DNA from: Zygophlyctis sp. KS116
Lineage: Eukaryota > Fungi > Chytridiomycota
Assembly: GCA_054661495.1 (NCBI GenBank)
Contig: BAAFSQ010000178.1
Coordinates: 1 to 20,428, forward strand
DNA length: 20,428 nucleotides
Direction: 5' to 3'
In this document: piece by piece, positions 1 through 10,021 of the stretch
Layout: every line of letters starts with the position of its first letter
Numbering within the stretch: the first letter of the stretch is position 1
Notes under the pieces: generated by a model
The model's input: only the letters and a program-made list of their open reading frames with translations
The model's database searches: none
Told to the model about the DNA's origin: nothing
Translations under genes and position numbers: made by a program

Positions 1-576
1 TTTGTATGTCTTGTAGTGCTAATCATCAACATACTATTCATCAGTGGTAATAATGATGGATGGAATTCCAAAATCCTCCCCAAAAGTAAAGAGAGAAACC
101 CATCTTACCCTTCATTTGGATATTACACTCCGAGTCTGAATCCGATAATAGAAGATGAGCCTTTTAAGGAGACTGAGTCAGGAAAGGTTCAAATGCAATC
201 AGACTTGAAACATCTTATTGAATTCTTTTCCGAGTATAGTAATGATCTCGAGCAAATTCTTATAGATGCAGGGAACAGATATGCAAAAATAGGGAAAATC
301 TTGATTGAAGCATTGTATCAGGCAAAAAGTCCGGAAATTGTTGAAGTATTACTCCGTCATCCTTATTTTGGGGCTTACAGATTAATCAATAACTGGACGG
401 ATCCAAAATTCCAGGATGGATTATTTTTGTACCTTCAACAAATCATCAAATTGTATGTAAAGCGTCCAGTCACAGATAAGTGGCTTCTTAGAATGGCGGT
501 GATTTTAACTTTTAAAGCAGGAGATAGTAAACTTCGTAAAATTCTATTGCAGCATCCTGTAATTTCTACATTCTAA
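1..576 (+). CDS. Hypothetical protein, probably 5'-partial
   Basis: The frame is open from base 1 to TAA at 574-576 and has no early ATG. Two similar segments (IVEVLLRHP, LRKILLQHP) look weakly like a helical or ankyrin-type repeat, but no family was recognised. Confidence 0.5.
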   Translation, partial: FVCLVVLIINILFISGNNDGWNSKILPKSKERNPSYPSFGYYTPSLNPIIEDEPFKETESGKVQMQSDLKHLIEFFSEYSNDLEQILIDAGNRYAKIGKILIEALYQAKSPEIVEVLLRHPYFGAYRLINNWTDPKFQDGLFLYLQQIIKLYVKRPVTDKWLLRMAVILTFKAGDSKLRKILLQHPVISTF

Positions 577-664
577 ATCATTAGTATTTTAATCTTTAAA
601 ATCTTTTCAGTTAGAATTTAATATTGCAACTCTTTTTAATTTATAAAACAGTTGATTTAGTCAT

Positions 665-1534
665 TCATTCTCTATTACTTTGAGAAACTCTAATCCAATC
701 AATAGCCAAGAATTGATTTTCAGAAGCTGAATCTGCTGCTGATCCTTCTCCTGGTTGAATTGCCATATTACAAATTAAATGAAAGGGATAATCAAACGGC
801 CAGTCATTTTCAATTGCAAACATTGGCTTTTCATATACTCCAATAATTTCACCATCTCTTAAAGCTATTATTCTATCAGGTTGCCAATCAATTCCATATA
901 CATGATATTTTTCTGCATTGTAACGTGGCGGAGATTGAAATTGTACTCCAGTTTTAGAAAAGTGTGATCCAAAATGAAATGTAGAAGGAGACCTATATTG
1001 TGTAATTCCATCCATAGTATAATTCCAATCCGATAAAAATTCAAAAACATCCATTTCTCCATTATGAGGCCATCCACGTCCGTTTAATAGATATTCAGGA
1101 AGAAGCCAAAATGCAGGAAATATACCATTTACAGCCTTTGAAATCCTTAGTCGTGCTTCCACGAGACCATAAGTAAAACTAAATTTACGCATTGAATTAA
1201 TCCTTCCTGAGTTCCAAATCCCAGTAGATTTATTAAAGCTAGAAAATAATACAAGATTGTTGTCACTTATCAATACATTTTGTGGAGAATAAACTTCAAT
1301 TTCAAAATTACCAAATCCAGGCAAGTCCGGACATCCATCTTCTTCGACACATTGCCCGTCAATCCCCTGTCCATTACCAGATTCTACATTCCATATTGAA
1401 GTATTTAACGTTTCAAAATGATCAAAGAATATTTCAGTGTATCCAATCGGCAATTGTCCAGGATTTACCGAATTTAAAATTTTGGAAGAAACTAATTTCC
1501 ATAATAGCACAATAAAGAGTTTGAAAATTGTCAT
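665..1534 (-). CDS. Secreted glycoside hydrolase family 16 (laminarinase-type beta-1,3-glucanase), 289 aa, no intron seen
   Basis: Hydrophobic signal peptide MTIFKLFIVLLW; GH16 motifs SGRINS, FTYGLVEAR, PAFWLL, WPHNGEMDVFE (catalytic ExDxxE), YHVYGIDW, WPFDYPFHLICN and IDWIRV. Confidence 0.9.
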   Translation of the reverse strand: MTIFKLFIVLLWKLVSSKILNSVNPGQLPIGYTEIFFDHFETLNTSIWNVESGNGQGIDGQCVEEDGCPDLPGFGNFEIEVYSPQNVLISDNNLVLFSSFNKSTGIWNSGRINSMRKFSFTYGLVEARLRISKAVNGIFPAFWLLPEYLLNGRGWPHNGEMDVFEFLSDWNYTMDGITQYRSPSTFHFGSHFSKTGVQFQSPPRYNAEKYHVYGIDWQPDRIIALRDGEIIGVYEKPMFAIENDWPFDYPFHLICNMAIQPGEGSAADSASENQFLAIDWIRVSQSNRE

Positions 1535-1632
1535 TTTATTGGATGGGTTTCAAATCTGATCATGTGCGCAAATGCTTAAAGCCCCTGCTGTTCCTAGCTG
1601 CACCAATATCTTACTAGACCTTGTACTGTCAA

Positions 1633-1978
1633 ATGTCTGAATTTGACAGCAGATCAGTTTACTTGTCAGCGGCAGCAAGTGGTTTATGTCTTGTAGGAGG
1701 AGTAGCAGGATTTGCATTACGTAGATCAGTTCCTTCATTGGTCGGCGGGAGTATTGCTGGAGGACTTTTTGGACTTTCATCATGGGAAATGTACAAGAAT
1801 CATCCAATGGGTAAACAAATATATGGAATTACTGCTGCATTTATTGGAGGTGCAATGATCCCAAAAGCCATCAAAGGTGGGAAACGTAAGTTTCTAGTAT
1901 TTAAAAATAGCTGTTCCGGTAGCTTTGGGAGTTTCTAGTATAATCATGATTTATGATTCATTAGCATCTAGAGACTAA
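1633..1978 (+). CDS. TMEM14-family small membrane protein (106 aa); exons 1633-1885 and 1911-1978
   Basis: TMEM14-like pattern LCLVGGVAGFALRRSVPSLVGGSIAGGLFG. Removing the 25-nt GT-AG intron at 1886-1910 gives ...KGGKPVPVALGVSSIIMIYDSLASRD*. Confidence 0.85.
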
Positions 1979-2093
1979 ACAATTAAAATTAAAAATATAT
2001 TTGAAAGATTGACATTATGAAATGCAGGAGATAAACTTGACGGAAAATAATTCATCATTCAGAAAGTAGAAAGGATTTAGAAAATTGAGACTT

Positions 2094-3365
2094 TTATTCA
2101 AGTTTAAGGTGATCCATAACCAAATCGTAATGTTTTTGAAACATACCCGCAATTTTGAGGAGAAAGTCTTCATTTTGAATGCACCAAAAGATTTATAAAT
2201 CAATCTCGGCTGAACATATGGTTGTTCAGCACATAGACGGTAATTCCAGCGTTCCTTGGAGATTTCAACTGCAATCATAACACAGAGTTGAACATAGTCC
2301 ATAGATGGAATGGCTTTCGTTTTAAAATGAGTTAATTTGTATGGATTAAAGACCTTAGTAAACGAGATTATCGGAGATTCAATCTTTCTAGCAGAACCAA
2401 AGTCACCAAGGAACCATACAGTTCTATCATCAAAACTGTGCAGCTTCTCCAATGCTTGAACCATCCGTTCAAATCCTTGAAAAAGCAATTTTTCTGTCAT
2501 TTGTGGTACTTTATCCAGAGACGTAAAATAATGAGGCATTTTTAATGCAGTAAAATGACCGCTTGACCCATCATATTTTACATTTATCGTCACCACTTCA
2601 CATTTGACCAGAGAATCACAATCCGACTATTTACGAGGCGACAGGCTTCAACTTCATCATTGTCGGCTTCTTTGCGATGACAATCTATTAACAAATCTTT
2701 TGTACGGAGGAGTTTGATCAAGTAGATCGCCCGTGTCTAGATCAAGACCTGTCACAATTTTAGGAGAAATCGGACAGTTGATGCTGAGATTCATTTGCTC
2801 CTGGATAGCATCACATGTATTCTTATCCGGGTACGACTTTACCTCATTATATAGGTTCGTGCAAGCATCTACATTCCCCGCAGCAGCCAACATTTGATAT
2901 GGGAACATTGTAGTAATTTTCCCCAAGACTTTCTTTACAGATTCATCTTGAATAGAAATATGCCCTCTTTTTAAACATTCTTTGAAACAATCAAAAGGAA
3001 GATGTGGAAATTCTTCAGCAATATACGGAACTTGGACTGCCAGCGGATCTTCACAAGTTCCAAGACCATCAACACAAAAATCTCCTTTCAATGGATCTTC
3101 CTATGGTAAGATTAAAAGAAATTACCTTGTCTTCCTTAGAATTTCTCTTATCAAACGACTCCTTGTTCTTAAAGACTTTGAGAAGAGAAGGATCAATTCT
3201 TCTCAGATAACTGTAAGAGTACTCGGCTGTGACAGCTTTCCTAAACTGAGCAATATCAGACGACAAAGAGAGAGAAACATAAGTAACACTAGTTTCCTTG
3301 TATGGAAGACCATTATCAGAGTCATAGAGCTGGAACCAAATGCGATCCACGACTGGATTTGACAT
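2094..3365 (-). pseudogene. Crinkler (CRN)-like effector with a degenerate C-terminal protein-kinase domain; disrupted
   Basis: The N-terminus WFQLYD..G.PYK.T...V......DIAQFRKAV...LKVFKNK..FDKR, a 25-nt intron (3101-3125) and EDPL...GLG...PLAVQVP match the CRN-type N-terminal domain ending in a VxVP motif. Kinase remnants follow: EVEAC, ALKMPHY, ALEKLH, LGDFGS. Frame breaks occur near 2690-2620 and ~2185, and the HxDxKxxN catalytic loop is missing. The likely ancestral stop is at 2094-2096. Confidence 0.65.
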
Positions 3366-3506
3366 TTGTAAAGTAGACCGCCTGCTTTTAGGGCCTCGTT
3401 CGGACTATCTTTTAGTCTTTAACAAACATCGTTTATAAATATAATTATATACTACTGTATACCATTGCTTTGATTTTTGATCATTGAATTCATTAGGCAA
3501 GAAACA

Positions 3507-4194
3507 ATGACTGAAGCCAGTGCAAATAACCAAAAGTATAAAATTGGGTTGCGGTCAAAGTCCAGGTTAAAGAAAATGTTTGGAATCATAAATTCTTCTA
3601 ATTGTCTAACAGTATGTATTGCTCCAAAATACTTTGGATCTGAAATGACTGGTATAGTCAATTATTTCAATTCATTGCTCCTCAGGTAAGACCTCATCAT
3701 GACTAATGCAAGATATGATCCTATAATCAAGGGGATTGCATTAAATTATTCAAATATTAAATATATCGAAGACAGCGGAAGACTGATCAATGAGTCTCCC
3801 TACTGTCTATTAAGGATCCAAGTTGATTTAACAATTTTTGCCCCACAAATTGGATCATGGTTGATTGGAACCGTTAACAAGATTTCTCCTGATCACATTG
3901 GAATAATTGTTTATAATTTATTTAATGCTTCAATAGCATCAAGTGATTTAAAGCCAAAATGGACTCAGAAGGGAGATTATTGGATTTCTCAAAAGAAATC
4001 TAAAATACATGTTGGGACATTGGTGAAATTTAAAGTAAAGGAGTAACTTTTTTATTTTTTTTTAAATTCTTAGCATTATAAAATCTAAAGACATCACAAG
4101 CATTCTAGGCTATAAATTGAAAACTGTAAAAGAAGAAGTTGATCTAGATTTAGATTTACATCCAATCATTAAACATCGGATCTCGGTAGAATAA
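3507..4194 (+). CDS. RPA43: DNA-directed RNA polymerase I subunit RPA43 (Rpb7-like), ~209 aa; introns 3686-3712 and 4043-4073
   Basis: Motifs VCIAPKY...GI..YFNSLLLRY, G.LINESPY, F.PQIGSWL.G.VN.ISPDHIG..VYNLFNASI. The spliced length is a multiple of 3. The start codon is uncertain (3507 or 3576). Confidence 0.8.
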
Positions 4195-4206
4195 TTTTTT
4201 TTAAAT

Positions 4207-6511
4207 ATGATTTATTTCATCATTCTGTTGGTTTTAGCTCTTGTTAATTCAAGACACTTTACTCCTATTGTAATTTCTAATGCATCCATATGATAGGATT
4301 TAGTTTCTTTGAAGAGACTCGGACAAGTTTCGCCGCATCCAGCAGGCTTGGGCGCACTCCTAACTTATTCAATTTATGATTCTAGTTCTAATACTGATAC
4401 GCAATGGCTTGCATGGGTTTCGTTTAATGAGGAAAAGTTTTTGCAATTGACATCTAGAGTGCATGGTGTATTTTGGTTTTCAGAAAACGTTATTGGATAT
4501 GTCAAAAGTGTCAATGGAACGCATCAGGTATTTTTATTATAATTGGATTAAATTAGATTTTTTATTCTTCATTTGACCCGGAATCAAAGGATATTAGAGA
4601 TTTAGATGATTATCAACTGACAAGTTTCCCATCTTCAGTGGGAAATGTGAAATTTCACCAAAAATCAAACTTGCTTACATTTGTTGCATCTGTGTATTCA
4701 GATGGGGAAATTGAAAATTCAGGAGAAAAGGCTGGATTTGCTTCTGGAGTAGTTTACGGTAAAAGACTTTTATTTGAAATTCTAGATAATCTTTTTGTCC
4801 GACATTGGGATGCTTATGTAAATCCACAAAAGTTTAGTCAATTATTCACTTTAAAACTAAAACTTTCCGATAAAAGGATCTCTATAGTTGGAAAGCCTAT
4901 AAACTTACTCATGGGAACTAAATTAGAAACTCCCGTTGCTCCCGACGGTGGGGATGATGATTATGATATTTCTCCAGATGGTAAATGCGTAAAAACCAAT
5001 GTTAGGACAGCGAATTGCTTTCGTGAGTAGAGTTCCGAATTCTAATATGGCTTGGAATACAAATACGGATATATATCTTGTCCCTGCTGATGGATCAGAA
5101 CCGCCATCTTCAATTTCTTCTTATAATAAGGGTTACGATAAACATCCAAAGTTTTCTCTTGATGGATCTTGGATCGCATGGTTGCAAATGCCTACTCCTG
5201 GCTACGAAGCAGATTCTAATAGAATAGCTCTATATTCTGTGGAGCCTACTTCAGATTCATACAGGAAAATTCTTGTAAAAGATTGGGATCGCTCCCCAGA
5301 GTCTATAACTTGGACTGAGAATGGTTTGATAATATCTGCACAGGAAATAGGACGTGTAAAGTTGTTCAAAGTTAGCTTTGAAGGAATTGTTGAACCATGG
5401 ATTTCTGACGGTCAAAATAGTCAATTGACATATGTTAGAAACTACGGCTTTGTTTTTGTGAAGAGCACTTTAACTTCTTCTCCAGACATTTTTGTCAGTC
5501 GAAATGGGGAAGTAAAGCAAGTAACTCACCTGAATTTGGAATACATGAAAGATGTTGAACTGTCAACTCCAGAGGTAATTTACAATTTCTGAATATTAGG
5601 AAATATGGTTTGAAGGTGCTAAAGGCCGTATGGTGCATGGATGGTTTTTTAAACCGCACAATTTTGATGCCAAAAAGACCTACCCTTTAGCATTTTTGAT
5701 ACATGGTGGACCTGAAGGGGCCTGGAACGATGATTGGGGCTTAAGATGGAATCAACAGATATTTTCTGGTGCTGGATATGCTGTTGTTTCTATCAATCCA
5801 ACTGGATCAACTGGCTACGGATCAGAATTCACCAGAGCCATTTTAGGAAATTGGGGATCTCTTCCATACTTTGGTATAAAAGTTTCAATCAGTTTAATTT
5901 TTAGACTTGATGAAAGGACTTGATTTTGTTGTGAATGAATATCAATTTATTGACCAGTCACGCATAGCAGGATTGGGAGCTTCGTATGGAGGTTATATGG
6001 TGAATTGGATTAATGGGCATACAGATCGTTTTGCATGTCTAGGTAATGGTACAATAATTAAGTAATAGTAACCCACGATGGAATATTTGACACTACTTCG
6101 TCTTATTACAATACTGATGAGCTCTGGTTCCCAGAAGCAGAGGTAATTCTTATTAAATTCATGTTAGTTTGGAGGAGTTCCATTCAATAAAGAGACTCGT
6201 AAACTTTATGAAAAGTATTCACCAATGAATTATGTACAAAATTGGAAAACTCCTACCCTTGTGATTCATGGGGAATTAGATTACAGACTTCCAATCACAG
6301 AAGGTAAATCAAGTTACTTATATTTCTAGGATTATCTGTATTTACAGCTCTCCAACGTCAAAATATTCCTAGTAAATTACTTTACTTCCCAGATGAAAAC
6401 CATTGGGTTCGAAAACATGCCAATTCAATCCTCTGGAATACGCAAGTTTTATCTTGGCTTGATCAGTGGACTTTAACTCAGAAAGACTCCTTGATAGTCC
6501 AAATCTATTAA
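4207..6511 (+). CDS. DPP5: Secreted S9-family peptidase, fungal dipeptidyl-peptidase V (DPP5/DppV)-like, 687 aa, 9 introns (4270-4296, 4528-4556, 4759-4785, 4981-5005, 5575-5599, 5874-5904, 6043-6068, 6143-6167, 6304-6329)
   Basis: Signal peptide MIYFIILLVLALVNS; LFVRHWD; TolB-like propeller repeats (SPDG); IHGGPEG; NPTGSTGYG; nucleophile motif GASYGG; Asp motif GELDYR; His motif FPDENH. All splices restore the frame. Confidence 0.9.
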
Positions 6512-7239
6512 TCACACATTTTGTCTAAAACTGATTCTAAATCTGCTTCTTTTTGAGCCTCTACTTGAATTTGTGAAACCTTTTTCCTAGAGACTCCATG
6601 ATTAACATCATTTACAACTCTTAAAATTTCTTCTTGTCCCATATTTCCATTAGCAATTGTCCCATTTAAAGAATCTGCAAGAGCTTCTTTTCTCTTTGAA
6701 ATCATGTTTGACAAGTGCAAATCACTTCCCTTCATTTTAGAACTAATCATTTCAGGGATTGACATATTATTTAAATCCGACATGAGAGATTTTCTACTTG
6801 TAACATCCTCCAACTTTTCTTCCATGTTTGCATAAGTTACAAAATCCTTTGACTCATAATATAAATGCAATAGGGACTGTGTCCTTAATTCCTGTGCTTT
6901 CTGAGCAGATTCCAAAGCTCTAGAGAAGCGATTTAAATTTCTAGCAGCATAATAATCTTTTAATTCATCCATAGTCATATTAAACACTGGATGAATTTTC
7001 TTTCCCTTGTCCTTCTTCTTCTTTGGAAAGACTGTCAATAGAGAATCCTCTTGAACTTTTTTGTATTCTTGAATATCGTAAATTCTTGCATGCTGAACCT
7101 CCAGTCTCTGTTTAGACTCTGAGAGCCTAGCCACCTTTTCCTTTAATTTCACTTCACAAGTTTCCTGGGCATATTGTTTTCTGATTGCTCTCATTTGAGC
7201 TCTATAAACGATCCATGGATCAATTGGATTTGCCTTCAT
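6508..7239 (-). CDS. Probable mitochondrial small-subunit ribosomal protein mS26 (PET12/MRPS26-like), 243 aa
   Basis: Long charged helical protein with W..YRAQMRAIRKQY near the N-terminus and R..SLLHLY..SKDFVT..NMEEKLE, which resembles the mS26 signature as I recall it. Not verified by search. Confidence 0.55.
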   Translation of the reverse strand: MKANPIDPWIVYRAQMRAIRKQYAQETCEVKLKEKVARLSESKQRLEVQHARIYDIQEYKKVQEDSLLTVFPKKKKDKGKKIHPVFNMTMDELKDYYAARNLNRFSRALESAQKAQELRTQSLLHLYYESKDFVTYANMEEKLEDVTSRKSLMSDLNNMSIPEMISSKMKGSDLHLSNMISKRKEALADSLNGTIANGNMGQEEILRVVNDVNHGVSRKKVSQIQVEAQKEADLESVLDKMCD

Positions 7240-7309
7240 TTTACAGCCTCACCCTCATCCACAGTGTAAATCAAGTCTAGGTTCCAAGTCGCGTTTTAAA
7301 CTTTAAAAA

Positions 7310-8250
7310 ATGAGAAATTCTCTTCGAATTTTGGTATTTTAGAGATATTAACGTTTTAGGGCAGATTTTCTCATACTTTAAATGTACCTTATAATCATGT
7401 CCCAGTGACTGAATTTGAGAGAGGAATTCCTAAAACACAGGTTAGGGATTTGAGTGTTGAAGAGTCTAAATGGGAATTTTGGACAGTTTCTCAGTGTCAG
7501 TTTGATCAGAAACCTGCGCCTTGGTGGGTTGCGTCTGTTCCAAAAGATGAAACTTGGATTGTAGAGAGATTTGGAAAACCCAAAGAAATGGGTCCAGGGT
7601 TTCATTTGTTTATTCCAAAAATTGACAAGGTAAAGGCTGTAAAGTCTAGTATTCCAATTACTTGTGGATTAGTTACTAGAGGAGTAGGAGACAAGGGAGA
7701 TTTAGATGTGTATTTGGTTAATCATTTTCAAATTACTGATTATGCAAAATCTGCCTACTATTCTCATCCAACAATTAAAAAGGGTGATTCTGAAAGAGCA
7801 GTTCTCAGATTGACTCAAAATATAGTACATGATTTTTTCAAGGGAAAAACAGAAATTACTTCTGCTGATGCTTCAAAATTAAGGGAAAAAATTGTTTTAC
7901 AACTTTCTGATGCCTCTGATGAATTGGGATTAAAGATTATTGATGTAGAGTTTAGAGGTGCTTTTTCTGCAACTGAGCGCGTTCCTGATAAGTTGCGTGC
8001 TTTGGCTGCTCCTGATAAGGATCCTTCTGTTCCTGGACATGGATTAGCAAATGATTATTGGGCTGAAGAACTAACACCTCCATTTTTTGAAAAGAAAAAG
8101 TATGGATCAGATTATGAACCAGTAACTCCTGCATCAGTATCACTGGAATGGTCTATTCCTTCACCACCTGATTTCCATCACTTTAACATGATTCCTAAAA
8201 TGATTGCCCCACAGCCTGTTGAAGGAAAAGTTTCAAAAACCTCTCATTAA
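7310..8250 (+). CDS. SPFH/Band-7 (stomatin-like protein 2-like) protein with a C-terminal Cox1-C-terminus-like segment, 304 aa; intron 7334-7359
   Basis: The spliced N-terminus MRNSLRILGRFSHTL looks like a mitochondrial presequence (Arg/Ser/Leu-rich, no acidic residues). The SPFH start VPKDETWIVERFGK...GPGFHLFIPKIDKV and end LGLKIIDVEFR are present. The tail is DYWAEELTPPFF...SLEWSIPSPPDFHHFNMIP. Confidence 0.8.
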
Positions 8251-8297
8251 GTTTGATAATGTTGGCGTTGATATCGGAAGTTTTAGTTTGCGTTTAA

Positions 8298-9296
8298 ATG
8301 AGCGAAGAGAATCCAGAGGTCCCAATAGCTGATAATAATGAATCAGAAAAGGTTGAGGCTGTTGTAGCAGTGCCTGTTCCTAATGCAAATAATCCGTTAA
8401 CTGCAGACCTGGTTTCTAGCAATATATCATTATTAGCAAGGACTGGGAATGGACTTTCCTTTGCTTATACTAGACTTGAAATCCATTCAAAAGGAATTAA
8501 AGATTTGGATATTTTAGAATCATATCCCAACCTAAGATATGTTGATGTCTCTGAAAATGCTATCAATAATATCAATGGCTTATCTCATTTAGAATATTTA
8601 CTGTCTTTTGATGCTCATTCAAATAATCTCACTTCAGTCCCTGCGATAATTGACAAGAGGAAATATCTTCAACAAGCCAATTTCTCAAAGAACCGCATTT
8701 CATCTTGGAATGTCACGCGATGGCCTTTAATAAGTTGGATAAATCTAAATGGTATAATATTACTATTTAATTAAAATTAGAAAATGCACTTAAAACTCTA
8801 TCATTTGAAGATTTTTCAGAATTAATTCATTTGGAAGTTCGAGGAAATTTACTAGAATCTCTTTCTCAGCTTAATACTCCTAAATTACAAAGACTATATG
8901 CAGCAGCAAATCAGATCAAGTCTCTTTCTGATTTAGAAAAATTAAACCAATTGAATATGTTGCATGTTCGTGGAAATCAGATTGAAAACTTGGATGGAAT
9001 CAAATGTCCGAAACTTACTTATTTAAATCTCAGGTAAACTATTAAACTCAATCAATAGAGACAATAAAATATCTGATTTTGCAGAAATTAAGAAACTATC
9101 AGCGTTATCTGCATTAAGAATTTTATCGCTTGCAGGTACTTGAATCAATTAAATTATAGGAAATCCGATTGCAGAATTACCAAATTATCGATTACAAGTT
9201 TTATCTAGACTTCCTAAATTGGATAGACTTGATAAGGAAGCAGTAACAAATGAAGAGAGAGATGATGCTCTTCAATTTGGAATTCAAAAGGAGTAG
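8298..9296 (+). CDS. LRRC23: Leucine-rich repeat protein LRRC23 (axonemal radial-spoke-associated), 306 aa; introns 8752-8780, 9034-9058, 9136-9159
   Basis: ISLLARTGNGLSFAYTRLE...LRYVDVSEN matches the LRRC23 N-terminus. SDS22-like LRRs follow, ending in an LRR cap GNPIAELPNYRLQVLSRLPKLDRLD. Confidence 0.8.
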
Positions 9297-9325
9297 TTGA
9301 GAATAAGATTCAAGGGTTTTCTTTA

Positions 9326-10021
9326 ATGATTTTAATGAATGAATTACAGTTTCTATCCAGCGCATGCAGTATGCTTAAAGTCCCAAACACTGTTTTATGT
9401 ACATCGCAATATTATTTCCACTTGTGCCATGAAAGTATTGGGGAATTTGACCAATTTGTACTCTATAATATTTGAAAATAGGTTTTGATGGCTGCGATTC
9501 TGAATTTATCAATGAAACAAAATGAAATTCAGAGGAAATTTAGGGATATATTGAATGTGTGCTATCAGATAAGCAATCGGAAACTCTTAAAAATTGATCA
9601 AGGATTCTGGAACTTTAAATCTCTGATAATTCAAGCTGAATTCTTGATTTTAAAATCTCTAAATTTTGATACAAATGTTGCTCTACCGCATAATTACTGC
9701 ATTGTTATACTCTATGAACTTGAAAAGGATTTGGTAAACTCTGATAAATGCACCATGGTTGAATTTCAAAGGATTTGTCAGGCGAGTTTAACAATTGTCA
9801 CTAAAATGTTTAATGATAGGATGGTTATTCCAAAAGATCATGATTGGAATAGTAAAAAGGATCATTCATGGAGCCTAGCAATTGCTTCTGTGTTTTTGGC
9901 TACAAAAGTATTGCATATAAAGTACAAGACTTTGGACAAATTTGTAAAGGATTGGGGGAGCTCAAAAGATATTGTAGAGGAAATTTTAGAAAAGGAAATC
10001 TTATTGCTACAGAATCTTTAA
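9326..10021 (+). CDS. Transcriptional cyclin (cyclin L/K/Q-like), ~223 aa; intron 9458-9481
   Basis: Cyclin-box motifs: [43 protein letters not shown] and LAIASVFLA. The start may be 9326 or 9335. Confidence 0.7.

Noticed and set aside
4047-4063. T-rich run as a terminator or retro-insertion tail
   Set aside because: It lies inside the second RPA43 intron (4043-4073).
8053-8202. Cox1-like tail as a recent NUMT insertion
   Set aside because: It is in frame with the SPFH ORF, uses TGG for Trp, is short, and is not accompanied by any flanking cox1 transmembrane sequence. This fits an integrated coding segment better than fresh mtDNA.
6508-10021. The TTAA sites at 6508 and 10018 as piggyBac target-site duplications flanking an element
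   Set aside because: There are no terminal inverted repeats or transposase between them, the enclosed genes are housekeeping genes, and both TTAAs are explained as overlapping stop codons.
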